This document shows positions 1 to 9,998 of a DNA stretch of 64,000 nucleotides, one piece after another. Under the pieces are notes generated by a model that saw only the letters and a program-made list of their open reading frames with translations, was not told the origin of the DNA and made no database searches. This DNA is from Clostridia bacterium (GTDB lineage Bacteria; Bacillota; Clostridia; UBA1381). A program made the position numbers and the translations under genes. The first letter of the stretch is position 1. Every line of letters starts with the position of its first letter. The stretch is from assembly GCA_017935675.1 (NCBI GenBank), contig JAGBHE010000026.1, positions 17,436 to 81,435 on the forward strand, written 5' to 3'.

Positions 1-1302
1 TATTGTATAGGACTTGAAGGGAAGAAGCTTCAGATTAAAAATCAGTCGGAAATCATTTCAGAAACGGAAGCGGTCGGCTCCGGCGGTAAATTATTTATTC
101 GTGCGGACGGCGAAAGCATTGAAGCATATTTGATGGACGGAGAAGCATATAGCAGCGTCAGGGCGTCCGGTAATGCAAAAGTCTCAGCGGTGGGGCTTGT
201 CGGAGAGGAGAAGTCCGATATTACATTTGACAGAATATGTGCAGAGGGCATTTCCGATAATATGATAGCGGAAACAGCGTCGGCTGCGGTGGCTCTTTGT
301 GAGAAGAACATATACACTGATATTTTGAAATTAAATGAAAATATTTCAAAGCTGCCCGATACATCAATTAAATCAAGCTATAATCGCCTTGCAGAGATAT
401 TTCTTGAAATGAACAAAAAGATTGTCCCCGAAATTCAGTCCGTATCCGTAAAAGGAAACCATTCGCGCGGCGCTGTTGTTGAAGCGGTTTACATAATAAA
501 TGATGTCGGAGGAAATGCGGCAGAACCGGTTATACAATGGAACGGTCAGACGGGAGAGAAAAGCTTTCGGATACCAAGCTCATCGGGCAGACTTTCCCTG
601 ACGGTTATTCCGGTGAATGTTTTCGGCGAAAAAGGCGTGGGAAAAACCGCGAATTTGTCACTTTCCGCTGCATCATCCGGAGGCGGCGGTTCGGGCGGCT
701 CGGGAGGCGGCAGAATTGCGGGAAGCGTAAAGCAGCCTGAGCCTGATGTTCCTCAGGAGGAGCCGAGAAAATACGCCTTTTTGGATTTACAGAATCATTG
801 GGCAGAGGAAGAAATTAATGATTTGGCAAAGCGGAAAATAGTTCACGGAGTGGAGAATGAGTTTTTCTGCCCCGATGATACGGTAACGAGAGCACAGTTT
901 GCCAAAATGGCAGGTTCATTGCTTGATGAAAGCGGCACCCTGATTTCATTTTCGGATGTTTCCGCGCAGGCATGGTATTATGCGGATGTACAGAAGGCAG
1001 CTGCCGCGGGAATTATGCAGGGAGACGGAAACAAATTTTGGCCGGAAGAAAATATTACACGGGAGGAAATTGCTGTTACGGCGCTGCGCCTGTTTGAACA
1101 TTTAAACGGTAAAAGCGAAAGTAAAGCTCCCTCGGAATTTTCCGACCGTGAGCAGATAAGCAGCTGGGCTGTAGATTCCGTTTTGAAATGTACGTCAATG
1201 AAGCTTATGAGCGGCATGGATGACGGAACCTTCAAGCCGGGAAACAGTGCAACAAGAGCCGAGGCGGCTGTTGTAATATGGAGAATTGTAAAATCTTTAT
1301 AA
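1..1302 (+). CDS. C-terminal part of a large SLH-anchored cell-surface protein (5' end lies upstream of the window)
   Basis: Frame 1 is open from base 1, with no stop before the listed ORF 130..1302. A Gly-rich linker SSGGGGSGGSGGG is followed by three SLH repeats (FLDLQNHWAEEEINDLAKRKIV..TRAQFAKM; FSDVSAQAWYYADVQKAAAAGIM..TREEIAV; FSDREQISSWAVDSVLKCTSMKLM..TRAEAAVV). Confidence 0.8.
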   Translation, partial: YCIGLEGKKLQIKNQSEIISETEAVGSGGKLFIRADGESIEAYLMDGEAYSSVRASGNAKVSAVGLVGEEKSDITFDRICAEGISDNMIAETASAAVALCEKNIYTDILKLNENISKLPDTSIKSSYNRLAEIFLEMNKKIVPEIQSVSVKGNHSRGAVVEAVYIINDVGGNAAEPVIQWNGQTGEKSFRIPSSSGRLSLTVIPVNVFGEKGVGKTANLSLSAASSGGGGSGGSGGGRIAGSVKQPEPDVPQEEPRKYAFLDLQNHWAEEEINDLAKRKIVHGVENEFFCPDDTVTRAQFAKMAGSLLDESGTLISFSDVSAQAWYYADVQKAAAAGIMQGDGNKFWPEENITREEIAVTALRLFEHLNGKSESKAPSEFSDREQISSWAVDSVLKCTSMKLMSGMDDGTFKPGNSATRAEAAVVIWRIVKSL

Positions 1303-1323
1303 CGATGAAAGGAAGAGTGTTTT

Positions 1324-2850
1324 ATGAATTTAAATAAAGTTGCGTCAGCAGTGCTGGCGCTGGTGATGGGTGCTGCTGCCTTGGCAGGCTGTTCGGGTGA
1401 AAAGCAGACAACTGCCGACAATAAGCCGGTTATAAGGCAGCTCAGCCCATATATAAGTGATGATTATAATACATATCCGGTTGCACAGGTGATAGAGGAT
1501 CTGACAGGCTATCATGTGGAATATGATATGCTTCCCCAGGATAAATGGGAGGATAAGCTCAATCTGATACTTTCAAGCGGAGAGGATAATTACGACAGTA
1601 TTACCATCAGAGGTGCGGGAAAGTCAAGGTATGTGGATCTTGCCAATCAGGGCGCACTGACAGATATTACTGACCTGCTTGAGGAATACGGTCCCAATAT
1701 AATTGAAATGGTAGGACGGGATATGCTTGATTCCGCAAAGGTGAACGGACGTATATACGGAATCCCCTCCGGCGGCGGCGCTGACCCTGAACTGCCGATT
1801 ATTGACACTACCCTTGCCTACAGAAAGGATCTTATTGACGCGGCAGGGATAAAGCTGCCTCAGACAACGGAGGAATTCAGAGAATTTTTGAAAGAGATTA
1901 AGGATAAAAATCTGACAGGTAATGAAAGGGGAAGTATACCGCTTGTTTTATCGTCATCGGATTATAATATTAATTCCTTAACCGGTGCATTCGGTGTTTC
2001 GGCTGAAATAATTGAAAAAGACGGAACAGTGTGGAACAGAGTGGAGCTGCCTCAGTATAAGGAATATCTTCAGTATATGAATAGTTTGTATAGTGAAGGA
2101 TTGATTGATACAGAATTTCCGACCAACAAAACAACTACGGTCAATGAAAAAATCACCTCCGGAAAAGCTGTTGTGATGCCGTTCGGTTGGGTGGATTCAT
2201 CGACAATAATGAGTGCAATAAAGGAAACGGATCAGAATGCAGAGATAGAATTTATGACACCGCCTCAGGGTCCTGACGGAAATCAGGGATATGACTGCTA
2301 TGTCGGCGGCCTGGGATGGGATTTGATAACCTTTATTCCCGCAACATGCAAAAATCCGGAGGAGGTTATTAAGTTTTATAATGAAAAGCTTGACAAGGAA
2401 ACCTTTAAGAAAATTACGCTCGGTGATGAAAATGTACATTACACAGTAAATGAAAAGGGAGAATATTATCCTATTCTTCCGAAGTTCTTTGACGAGCGCT
2501 CAAAAAGTAATTTCTATACCGCCGGTATCGACAGGGAAAATTATCCCAAGTACTGGCTGGCAAGACTCCGTAAGGATGAAGTGATGTACAATACGTTCTG
2601 CAAGCTGAACGGCGGAGAATTAGATAAGTACAAATCAGTCAAAAAGGGATTGACGGGTATGCCCTTATCTGCCGAAAGCGCAAAAAATCTCCAATCCATG
2701 AAGCAGATTGTATCCGATTATGCAGTAAAGTTTATCTGCGGAACAGAGTCGTTTGATAATTACGATAAATTTGTGAACGAATGGAAGGAAGCCGGCGGAG
2801 AGCAATATATGAAGGAATATCGTGAATGGTATGAGAGCAAAGAAAAATAA
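1324..2850 (+). CDS. ABC transporter extracellular solute-binding lipoprotein (large LplA-like sugar SBP)
   Basis: 508 aa. Signal peptide with lipobox AALAGCSG, and the size and composition typical of family-1 polysaccharide/oligosaccharide SBPs. RBS GAAAGGAAG lies upstream of the ATG. Confidence 0.8.
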   Translation: MNLNKVASAVLALVMGAAALAGCSGEKQTTADNKPVIRQLSPYISDDYNTYPVAQVIEDLTGYHVEYDMLPQDKWEDKLNLILSSGEDNYDSITIRGAGKSRYVDLANQGALTDITDLLEEYGPNIIEMVGRDMLDSAKVNGRIYGIPSGGGADPELPIIDTTLAYRKDLIDAAGIKLPQTTEEFREFLKEIKDKNLTGNERGSIPLVLSSSDYNINSLTGAFGVSAEIIEKDGTVWNRVELPQYKEYLQYMNSLYSEGLIDTEFPTNKTTTVNEKITSGKAVVMPFGWVDSSTIMSAIKETDQNAEIEFMTPPQGPDGNQGYDCYVGGLGWDLITFIPATCKNPEEVIKFYNEKLDKETFKKITLGDENVHYTVNEKGEYYPILPKFFDERSKSNFYTAGIDRENYPKYWLARLRKDEVMYNTFCKLNGGELDKYKSVKKGLTGMPLSAESAKNLQSMKQIVSDYAVKFICGTESFDNYDKFVNEWKEAGGEQYMKEYREWYESKEK

Positions 2851-2966
2851 CTAAAAGCAAGATGTCCCCCGCCTCTATAGGCGGCGGGTTCCACTTACTT
2901 TTTGGGGGTGGGGGTACAATCCCCCACTGAAACGTTGAATGACGGGGCTTTGCCCCTTATTGAACA
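2851..2966 (+). repeat. 116-nt three-hairpin intergenic element, copy 1 (second copy at 53955-54071)
   Basis: Starts at the first base after the SBP stop codon. Compared with copy 2 I count 4 substitutions and 1 indel. It contains stems cccgcc/ggcggg, gtggggg/cccccac and gggg/cccc. Confidence 0.85.
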
Positions 2967-3050
2967 TGTGAATAGCAAGGGGGTGCTGCTTTGACGCAAC
3001 AGCCCCTTGTGTTTATCGCATATGTGTTAATACGGGAGGGATCTTGCCTG

Positions 3051-4235
3051 ATGAAAAGGATTGATTACAGCATGAGTAAAAGCGCAGAGGAATACGCAGC
3101 GGAGGCATGCGGCGCGATTATGAAAAAATATCCGGCAGAAGAATTGCCGACGATGGACACCTTTTTTTATATAGGCGGAGTTTTTCTTTCCGGCATGCAG
3201 CAGCTTTATTTATGTACCGGAGAAGAAAAATACTTTGATTATATTAAGACATGGGTGGACAGATACGTTTATCCGGACGGAACGGTTTTGGGACATAACA
3301 GGCCTTACGATACGGATTCACCTACCTGGATGATGCGTGCGGTACCGAAAACATTTGACCACAAGCAGCCGGCAATTTTGCTTTTTGATATTTGGCGCAA
3401 AACGGGAGATGAACGCTATAAAAAAGCAATATATAATATTGTGACACCGGTAAAAGCCTGGCCGAAAAACAGTGCGGGAGGTTTTTATCATATGACGTTT
3501 ACAAAAAACCAGATGTGGCTTGACAGCATATATATGATAGGTCCGCTGCTGGCAAAATATTCAAATGCCTTCGGCGAAAAATGGGCGGCTGAATCGGCGG
3601 TAGAGCAGATTGAAATAATGTATCGGTATATGCAGGACGAAAACGGCTTGCTTCGTCATGGCTTTGACCCCTCAAAGGAAAGCGAATGGTCCGATCCTGA
3701 AACAGGCTTGTCACCGACGGTATGGGGGCGCGCCATGGGTTGGTTCACCGTTGCGGCGCTTGATATTCTGGACGAAATCATGCAGGACAGCAAGGAAGCA
3801 AAAAGACTGGCTGAAATTGAACGTGAGATAATGACGAGAATTTTAAAGTACAGGACGGAAAACAGCCTTTGGTGTCAGGTGATTGACTGCCCGCAGCGCG
3901 GCGGTAATTTTGAAGAAATGTCGTGCAGCTGTCTTTTTATATATTCCTTGTATAAGGGTATAAGAAAGGGTGTTTTGGACAGAAGCTGGATACGGTATGC
4001 TGACGAATCTTACAGCGCCGTCATAAAAAAACTCAGATATGACGGTGAGGGGAATCTTGTAATAGGAGGAATATGCGCCGGTACATGTATTGACGACGGA
4101 AGCTATGAGCATTATATAGGCCGTCCTCTTGTAGAAAACGATCTTCACGGAACGGGCGCCTTTGTGCTGATGTGTGCCGAAAGATTGAGGTATGACCGCG
4201 AGTTCAGGACGGAGGGTCAAGCGGCATATCTGTAA
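3051..4235 (+). CDS. Unsaturated glucuronyl / rhamnogalacturonyl hydrolase (GH88/GH105 family), cytoplasmic
   Basis: Motifs WLDSIYMIGPLLAKY, GLLRHGFDPS and WGRAMGWFTVAALDIL match the Glyco_hydro_88 (YteR/UGL) signature. No signal peptide. I prefer the ATG at 3051 (RBS GGGAGGGA) over the TTG at 2991, because the extension overlaps hairpin repeats. Confidence 0.8.
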   Translation: MKRIDYSMSKSAEEYAAEACGAIMKKYPAEELPTMDTFFYIGGVFLSGMQQLYLCTGEEKYFDYIKTWVDRYVYPDGTVLGHNRPYDTDSPTWMMRAVPKTFDHKQPAILLFDIWRKTGDERYKKAIYNIVTPVKAWPKNSAGGFYHMTFTKNQMWLDSIYMIGPLLAKYSNAFGEKWAAESAVEQIEIMYRYMQDENGLLRHGFDPSKESEWSDPETGLSPTVWGRAMGWFTVAALDILDEIMQDSKEAKRLAEIEREIMTRILKYRTENSLWCQVIDCPQRGGNFEEMSCSCLFIYSLYKGIRKGVLDRSWIRYADESYSAVIKKLRYDGEGNLVIGGICAGTCIDDGSYEHYIGRPLVENDLHGTGAFVLMCAERLRYDREFRTEGQAAYL

Positions 4236-4284
4236 TGCGGCGGCAGACTGACGGAGGCTGCTTTAAAAAGATAAGGAGGAGCAT

Positions 4285-7200
4285 ATGATGAGGAAAACAT
4301 ATCTTGTTATAATTTGCATGGCTGTTTTTGCAATGGCTTACACCTCGGTTTCAGCCGCCGGAATTTCGCAGAGTGATAAAACTATAATGCGGACGCATAT
4401 TGTTAATGCCCTGACCTACGATAAAAGTAAAGATTTCAGTGAAGGAGTCAGGGCGGAAACGAACAGGATTAAGGCGTCCGGAGAAAATTATAAAAATCAA
4501 ATTAAAATAGAAAACGGCACTTGGATTGGACTCGGTGATTCTCCGTCTGCGATAAATAACGAATTTTCAAAGGTTCTTGTGATAGCAACCGCGAGTAATT
4601 TAAAAAACGGGGAATGGAATCAAGATGTCAGGAATATGATCAGCGCCCTTTGCAAAAGCGGATATAACGGTAATATCGATAAGACGGACAGCGAATGGTG
4701 GTATTATGAAATCGGGATACCCTTGTCCCTTACAAAGTCATTGCTGCTGACCGAAAGCGCGTATACACGTGAAGAGATTGAAAAGTATTGTGAAACGATT
4801 TGCGGATTTTGCCCTGAAATAGGAAGCAGTAATACGGACGGCTGGAAAGAATCCGGAGCAAACCGCACATGGAAGGCGGAGGTGCTGTTTTACTGCGGAC
4901 TGTTACTTGATAATGAAAAGGGCGACAAATTGATTGCGCATGCAATTGAGGCACTTAGCGATGTATTTAATACGGTAAAAAAATACGACGGCTTTTATGC
5001 GGACGGGTCTTTTATTCAGCATGGCAGAGTTCCGTACACCGGAGCATACGGCAAATTTCTTTTAGAGAGCGCTGCGTTAATTGCATATGCTGTTGACGGA
5101 ACGCAGCTGCAGCTTGGAGCGGATAAGAAAGGCAGAATGCTTGATTGGGCATTAAATTCCTTTGAACCGCTGATGCAAAACGGCGCAGTTATGGCGATGG
5201 TAAGAGGCAGGGCAATAGCACGGTATTATGAAACAGACCATAGTTCGGGACATAATATTATTGACAGTCTTGCAAAAGTAGCCGAGATTACGGAAAGCTC
5301 CGAATTGAGAGGCTGTATTAAAAATCATGTTGTAAATGACAAGTGCGGTAAATTTTCGTGCAGCGCCTTCGGCAGGCAAGTTATTGATGAAATTATTGCC
5401 GATAACGGTATCGGAATAACCGAATCTTCCGACAGTGTACATGTTTTTTCCTCAATGGACAGAGCTGTTTTTTCGCGCGGAGGATTCAAATTCGGGATTG
5501 CCATGTCATCGCAGCGGATATATAATTATGAGGCGGATAACGGCGAGAACATGCGCGGTTGGCATACCGGCAGCGGCATGACATATCTGTACGGGCAAGA
5601 CTCCGAGAATTACGATAAGGGCTTTTGGTGTACTGTTGACCCTTACCGTTTAAGCGGAACAACCGTGGATAATACCGAATATCAAAACGAGGACGGATAT
5701 TATTACCAATCTTCCGAAGCATGGTGCGGAGGCAGTGAGCTTGACGGAAAATACGGCGCTGCGGGAATGTCGATAAAGAAGCCGTGCGGTACTGAATTAA
5801 GCGGAAAAAAATCGTGGTTCTGCATAGGCGATGAAATTATTGCCATGGGAGCCGGAATTACAAATAGCGATAAAACAAAAGAAACGTTTACTGTTATTGA
5901 AAATAAAATAACAGATGGTGACGAAATAAAGATTAACGGAAATGATTTTCAGCAAAGCGGAGATTTTTATAATACTTATTGGATTAATACAGATGATAAA
6001 GACGGAAATAAGACCGGGTACTTCTTCCCTATGCGCGATAAGCTGAGCATAAAATCAGAAACAAGGGAAGGAAACTGGCGCGATATTCATGCCGCGTCTG
6101 ACCGCACAGAGCAAAATACCTTTTTTTCGGTAGTTAAGAAGCATGGAATCGGCGCAAATAATGCAGAGTATGTTTATGTGCTGCTGCCGGGCAAAAATGC
6201 GGGCGAAACGCAAGCCTATGCGCGTACATATATGACCGCGCCGCAGTTTGAATTGATGGAAAACAGTTCAAATGTTCAGGCGGTGAAAAATAAAAACGTT
6301 ACAGCGGCGAATTTCTGGAAAGCGGGAACGGTCGGAGGAATAAGTGTAAACCACGAAGCGTCGGTAATTGTTGCGGAGGACGATGCAAATATAAAGATTT
6401 CACTGTCTGATCCCACGCAGACGGCAGGGGACTCAATACGTTTGGTTCTTGATAAAAAAGCAGCCGGATTTTCGCAAAGGGACTGCGAGATTAAGGTAAT
6501 ATCCGTATCACCGAAAATTATCATTGATGTTGATACGTCGGATTTGCAGGGCAGAAGCGCAGAAATAACCTTTCTGAAAAATGAAATCGGAGCGTATGAT
6601 ACGATTTTCTTAGATTATGTATATAAGCCTGACATGACAACGGGAACCGTAATACAAGGTACGTGGCAGACAGAAACCGGAGAAGCCATATGTTCGGGTC
6701 AGGGGAATAACAAAATCAAGTTTGCTTTGGATAAAGAAATGGACGTGCAGGGCGAAGAAACATATATAATCGAATGGGATCAGTACGCGGGAGCGGAAAT
6801 AAGCAGCAGCGGCAATTTAAAGGATCTTGACGGACAATTTCTGAGCTTTAGCGACGCTGTTTTGGGCGGCGGCTTTAAGCGCAGCCCCGCAGGAGATATT
6901 CGGCCGTTTTTGTGGTGGTATAATACAGGAGGCTTTGCGGATTTAACCGTAAAACAAAATACATGGTATCATATGACGTTGATAGCGGAGCTGCATGGCA
7001 GCAGAAGGGATAAAATGTATTTATATGTAACCGAGGAGGGAAAGACCGCGTCGGGAACTCCTTGCGCTCGGCTTGAGATAAACGGAAATGTTAAATGGAA
7101 GGAATGCTTATTGTTCTGCGGTGGTATGTCTGAGGGAAACGCCGGGTTCAGAAATTTAAGAATAATCAAAACGGACCCACGCATTTCAGAGGCATTTTCC

Positions 7201-7563
7201 CTGATTGAAAGCGGCGGAGTTTACAAAGATGACGAGGCGTGGAATATGGCGCAGACGGCATTCGGCAGCATGGATGAGAAAATCCGGGAATGCGCCGCGG
7301 AAATTTTCAGCGCTTCATTTTCAAAATATAATAATGAAGCCGTTGTTTTAATTGGTGAGAACTATCGGATTGTCAATGCATGCAGTAATTCAAAGTATTT
7401 TTCTGTTATCACACAGCTTGCCGAAAACAATAATATCCGTATCAGCAAAACAGAAATTGAATCCTGCACGGAAAAGGACTTGCCAAAAACGGACGGGCGT
7501 ATTTTTATATGGGAATCACTGAACACGATGAGGCCTTTAAAATGCGTAAGGCTGCAAAGATAA
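4285..7563 (+). CDS. Secreted polysaccharide lyase family 8 (hyaluronate/chondroitin AC/xanthan lyase type) with a C-terminal LamG/DUF1080-like module and a short tail module
   Basis: Signal peptide MMRKTYLVIICMAVFAMAYTSVSA. PL8 hallmarks DGSFIQHGRVPYTGAYGKFLL, NGENMRGWHTGSGMTYLYG and FWCTVDPYRLSGTTV. The C-terminal beta-sandwich ends in GFRNLRIIK. RBS AAGGAGGA. Confidence 0.88.
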   Translation: MMRKTYLVIICMAVFAMAYTSVSAAGISQSDKTIMRTHIVNALTYDKSKDFSEGVRAETNRIKASGENYKNQIKIENGTWIGLGDSPSAINNEFSKVLVIATASNLKNGEWNQDVRNMISALCKSGYNGNIDKTDSEWWYYEIGIPLSLTKSLLLTESAYTREEIEKYCETICGFCPEIGSSNTDGWKESGANRTWKAEVLFYCGLLLDNEKGDKLIAHAIEALSDVFNTVKKYDGFYADGSFIQHGRVPYTGAYGKFLLESAALIAYAVDGTQLQLGADKKGRMLDWALNSFEPLMQNGAVMAMVRGRAIARYYETDHSSGHNIIDSLAKVAEITESSELRGCIKNHVVNDKCGKFSCSAFGRQVIDEIIADNGIGITESSDSVHVFSSMDRAVFSRGGFKFGIAMSSQRIYNYEADNGENMRGWHTGSGMTYLYGQDSENYDKGFWCTVDPYRLSGTTVDNTEYQNEDGYYYQSSEAWCGGSELDGKYGAAGMSIKKPCGTELSGKKSWFCIGDEIIAMGAGITNSDKTKETFTVIENKITDGDEIKINGNDFQQSGDFYNTYWINTDDKDGNKTGYFFPMRDKLSIKSETREGNWRDIHAASDRTEQNTFFSVVKKHGIGANNAEYVYVLLPGKNAGETQAYARTYMTAPQFELMENSSNVQAVKNKNVTAANFWKAGTVGGISVNHEASVIVAEDDANIKISLSDPTQTAGDSIRLVLDKKAAGFSQRDCEIKVISVSPKIIIDVDTSDLQGRSAEITFLKNEIGAYDTIFLDYVYKPDMTTGTVIQGTWQTETGEAICSGQGNNKIKFALDKEMDVQGEETYIIEWDQYAGAEISSSGNLKDLDGQFLSFSDAVLGGGFKRSPAGDIRPFLWWYNTGGFADLTVKQNTWYHMTLIAELHGSRRDKMYLYVTEEGKTASGTPCARLEINGNVKWKECLLFCGGMSEGNAGFRNLRIIKTDPRISEAFSLIESGGVYKDDEAWNMAQTAFGSMDEKIRECAAEIFSASFSKYNNEAVVLIGENYRIVNACSNSKYFSVITQLAENNNIRISKTEIESCTEKDLPKTDGRIFIWESLNTMRPLKCVRLQR

Positions 7564-7582
7564 AAAAAGGGAAGGAAATTAT

Positions 7583-8431
7583 ATGAGAACAGGAAAAATT
7601 GAATTGGGCAAATATTTTAGTGTGCTGAATAATAACGGCAGCTGCCCGTATCTTGATATGTATATTCCGGATAATATGTTCTTGGACAAAGAGAGAAAGC
7701 GCCCGGCTGTTGTCATTTGCCCGGGAGGGGCATATATTGATCTCTCGGACAGAGAAAGCGAGCCTATTGCAATGTTTTTTGTATCGATGGGATTTGCTGC
7801 GTTTGTACTCAATTACAGCACCGATCCGCACCGGTATCCGTCACAGCTTCTGGAGGGGATGGCGTCCGTTACATACATAAGACGTAATGCGGAAGAACTC
7901 GGAATTGCTGATGATAAGATTTTTGTGTGCGGATTTTCCGCAGGAGGTCATCTTGCCGGAAGTATAGGGGTTTTGGGTAACCGCGCGGAATTTTTGTGCC
8001 AAATAGGAGCAAAATGGCAGGAGTGCAGACCGGACGGCATGATTTTATGCTATCCGGTTATTGATGACAGCATTCATTCGGAAAGAATTAACTGCTTTGA
8101 TTTTCTTACCGGAAAAGAGAGCAGCGCCGAGATAAGGGAGGAGGCTTCGCTGAGCAGGCATGTGAGCGGTGACACTCCGCCGGCATTTATTTGGCATACG
8201 CTGAAAGACGCTACCGTGCCGGTAAAAAGCTCAATTGAGATGGCAGACGCACTTGAAAGAAACGGCGTTGTGTTTGAGCTGCATATATTTTCCACAGGAC
8301 CTCATGGACTTAGTTTGTGTAATCATCAGACAGCATCCGCTGATATGCCTCAATATTATAATGAGAGTACAGGTGAATGGAAAACTTTGCTTAAAAACTG
8401 GCTCAGTAATCTGTTTGATATAAAAATATGA
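7583..8431 (+). CDS. Alpha/beta-hydrolase esterase (probable carbohydrate deacetylase), cytoplasmic
   Basis: 282 aa. VVICPGGAYIDLS oxyanion-type region and the nucleophile elbow GFSAGGHLAG (GxSxG). No signal peptide. Confidence 0.7.
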   Translation: MRTGKIELGKYFSVLNNNGSCPYLDMYIPDNMFLDKERKRPAVVICPGGAYIDLSDRESEPIAMFFVSMGFAAFVLNYSTDPHRYPSQLLEGMASVTYIRRNAEELGIADDKIFVCGFSAGGHLAGSIGVLGNRAEFLCQIGAKWQECRPDGMILCYPVIDDSIHSERINCFDFLTGKESSAEIREEASLSRHVSGDTPPAFIWHTLKDATVPVKSSIEMADALERNGVVFELHIFSTGPHGLSLCNHQTASADMPQYYNESTGEWKTLLKNWLSNLFDIKI

Positions 8432-8471
8432 CATGACAGAATATCATAATTTAAGCTTAGGAAGTGATTGA

Positions 8472-9779
8472 ATGGATGCAATAAAATACGAGAAAGAAAT
8501 AAAGGTTCTTTTTGATACAGAAGTATGTGTGGTTGGCGGAGGACCGGCAGGCATAGCCGCGGCCGTAACTGCGGCAAGATGCGGCGCAAGGGTTTGTCTG
8601 TTTGAAAAAGAACAGTGCTTCGGCGGCGCAGCAACCAATGCTAAGGTCCCTGCATTTATGCGGTTTTCCGATGGGGTAAATTTTCTTGCAGGGGGTATCG
8701 GAAGAGAGGTATTTGACCGATTATACGGCGATGAGGATTTTACCAAAATTGAATTTTCCATAGATTGCGAAAAATTAAAATATATTTATGATAATTTGGT
8801 TTGGGAATCCGGTGTCGAATTTTTGTTTGAAACTAATTTGCTGGATGTCATATCGGAAAACGGAGTGATAAGGTACGCTGTTTTCAAGGGTAAGGAAAGA
8901 ATATTTGCCGTAAAAGCGAAAAACTTTATTGATGCAACAGGGGACGGATTTCTTGCCGTATCCGCAGGCGCAAAATATACAGTCGGAGACGGAAAAGGGC
9001 ATATGATGCCGGCTACGTTATGCAGCGTTTGGGGTGATATTGACTGGAATAAGGCTGTGGTTGAGCTGGGAAAGGACCCGGACAACAGATGTTTAAAACA
9101 AGCATTTGAGGACGGAGTATTTACTGTGCAGGATCCCGGCTTGCCCGGAATGTGGAGATTAGACCGGCATTACGGCGGCGGAAATATAGGGCATATATTC
9201 AATGTTGACGGAACAGATGAGAAATCCATCACAGACGCCATGATACAAATGCGCAGAAGGATAAGAGAATATGAATACTATTATACGCATTATCTGGACG
9301 GATATGAAAATGCAAGGCTTCTGTTTACAGCGGACGTTTTGGGAATAAGAGAAACAAGAAGAATTGAATGCGAATATATGGCTCGGAAGGATGATTATAT
9401 AAATCATTCTGTGTTTAAAGACGAAATCGGAAGATATTCATATCCGATAGATATACATTCCTATGCAATCGGTGCGGACGAGGGCCTTGGAGATATATAT
9501 GCAAAGGGTTATGCAAAGGGCAGAAGCTACGGAATATCATACCGCTCTTTACTTCCTGTGGGGCTTAAAAATACTCTTGTAGCAGGAAGATGCGTAGGCG
9601 CTGAGCGGGAAATGTTAGGGTCGATGAGGGTTATGCCCTGCTGCTTTATTACCGGAATGGCGGCAGGCGCCGCATCAGCGCTTGCAGTGCGTCAGGCGGA
9701 GGATATAAGAAGCATAAGTATAGAAAATCTTCAGGATAAGCTTATTGAATTGGGAGCATACCTTCCGTTTAGCCGATAG
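8472..9779 (+). CDS. FAD-dependent oxidoreductase (PUL-associated family), cytoplasmic
   Basis: N-terminal Rossmann dinucleotide motif VCVVGGGPAGIAAAVTAARCGARVCLFEKEQCFGG. 435 aa, no signal peptide. Confidence 0.75.
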   Translation: MDAIKYEKEIKVLFDTEVCVVGGGPAGIAAAVTAARCGARVCLFEKEQCFGGAATNAKVPAFMRFSDGVNFLAGGIGREVFDRLYGDEDFTKIEFSIDCEKLKYIYDNLVWESGVEFLFETNLLDVISENGVIRYAVFKGKERIFAVKAKNFIDATGDGFLAVSAGAKYTVGDGKGHMMPATLCSVWGDIDWNKAVVELGKDPDNRCLKQAFEDGVFTVQDPGLPGMWRLDRHYGGGNIGHIFNVDGTDEKSITDAMIQMRRRIREYEYYYTHYLDGYENARLLFTADVLGIRETRRIECEYMARKDDYINHSVFKDEIGRYSYPIDIHSYAIGADEGLGDIYAKGYAKGRSYGISYRSLLPVGLKNTLVAGRCVGAEREMLGSMRVMPCCFITGMAAGAASALAVRQAEDIRSISIENLQDKLIELGAYLPFSR

Positions 9780-9782
9780 TTT

Positions 9783-9839
9783 AAACAACCATCTTTATTT
9801 GAACTGTATGTGTTTGAATAAAGATGGTTGTTTTTGTTT
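9783..9839 (+). terminator. Rho-independent terminator of locus 0
   Basis: Stem aaacaaccatctttatt / aataaagatggttgttt followed by TTTTGTTT, 4 nt after the stop codon. Confidence 0.85.
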
Positions 9840-9841
9840 AT

Positions 9842-9869
9842 GAACACAAGGGGACGGTTCTCTTGTGTT
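9842..9869 (+). repeat. Palindromic hairpin element (REP-like), copy 1
   Basis: gaacacaaggggacggttctcttgtgtt. It folds into a 12-bp stem (two G-T wobbles on this strand) with a 3-nt loop. The same 28-mer recurs at 31388, and in reverse orientation at 31935, 57996 and 58451. Confidence 0.9.
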
Positions 9870-9998
9870 ACAAATCTTCTCTCAAAGTGAATGCAATCGC
9901 AAAATACACTGTTACGGTTTTTGAAAAAAAAGAAAAAAATGGTAAAGATAGTGATATAATGTTAAGCGACGAAACAAAACCGTACCGAAGGTAATAAT

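Larger units (their letters stand above)
9579..9913 (+). repeat. Direct repeat, left copy: 3' end of the FAD-oxidoreductase gene, its terminator, a hairpin and a decayed tail
   Basis: 9579-9876 aligns without gaps to 31125-31422 with 4 mismatches (9599, 9723, 9753, 9761). About 37 further nt are roughly 80% identical. Confidence 0.95.

Noticed and set aside
2991-3050. TTG-initiated extension of the GH88/105 ORF
   Set aside because: It overlaps a hairpin (2976-3009) and has no RBS. ATG 3051 has a GGGAGGGA RBS, and family similarity begins there.
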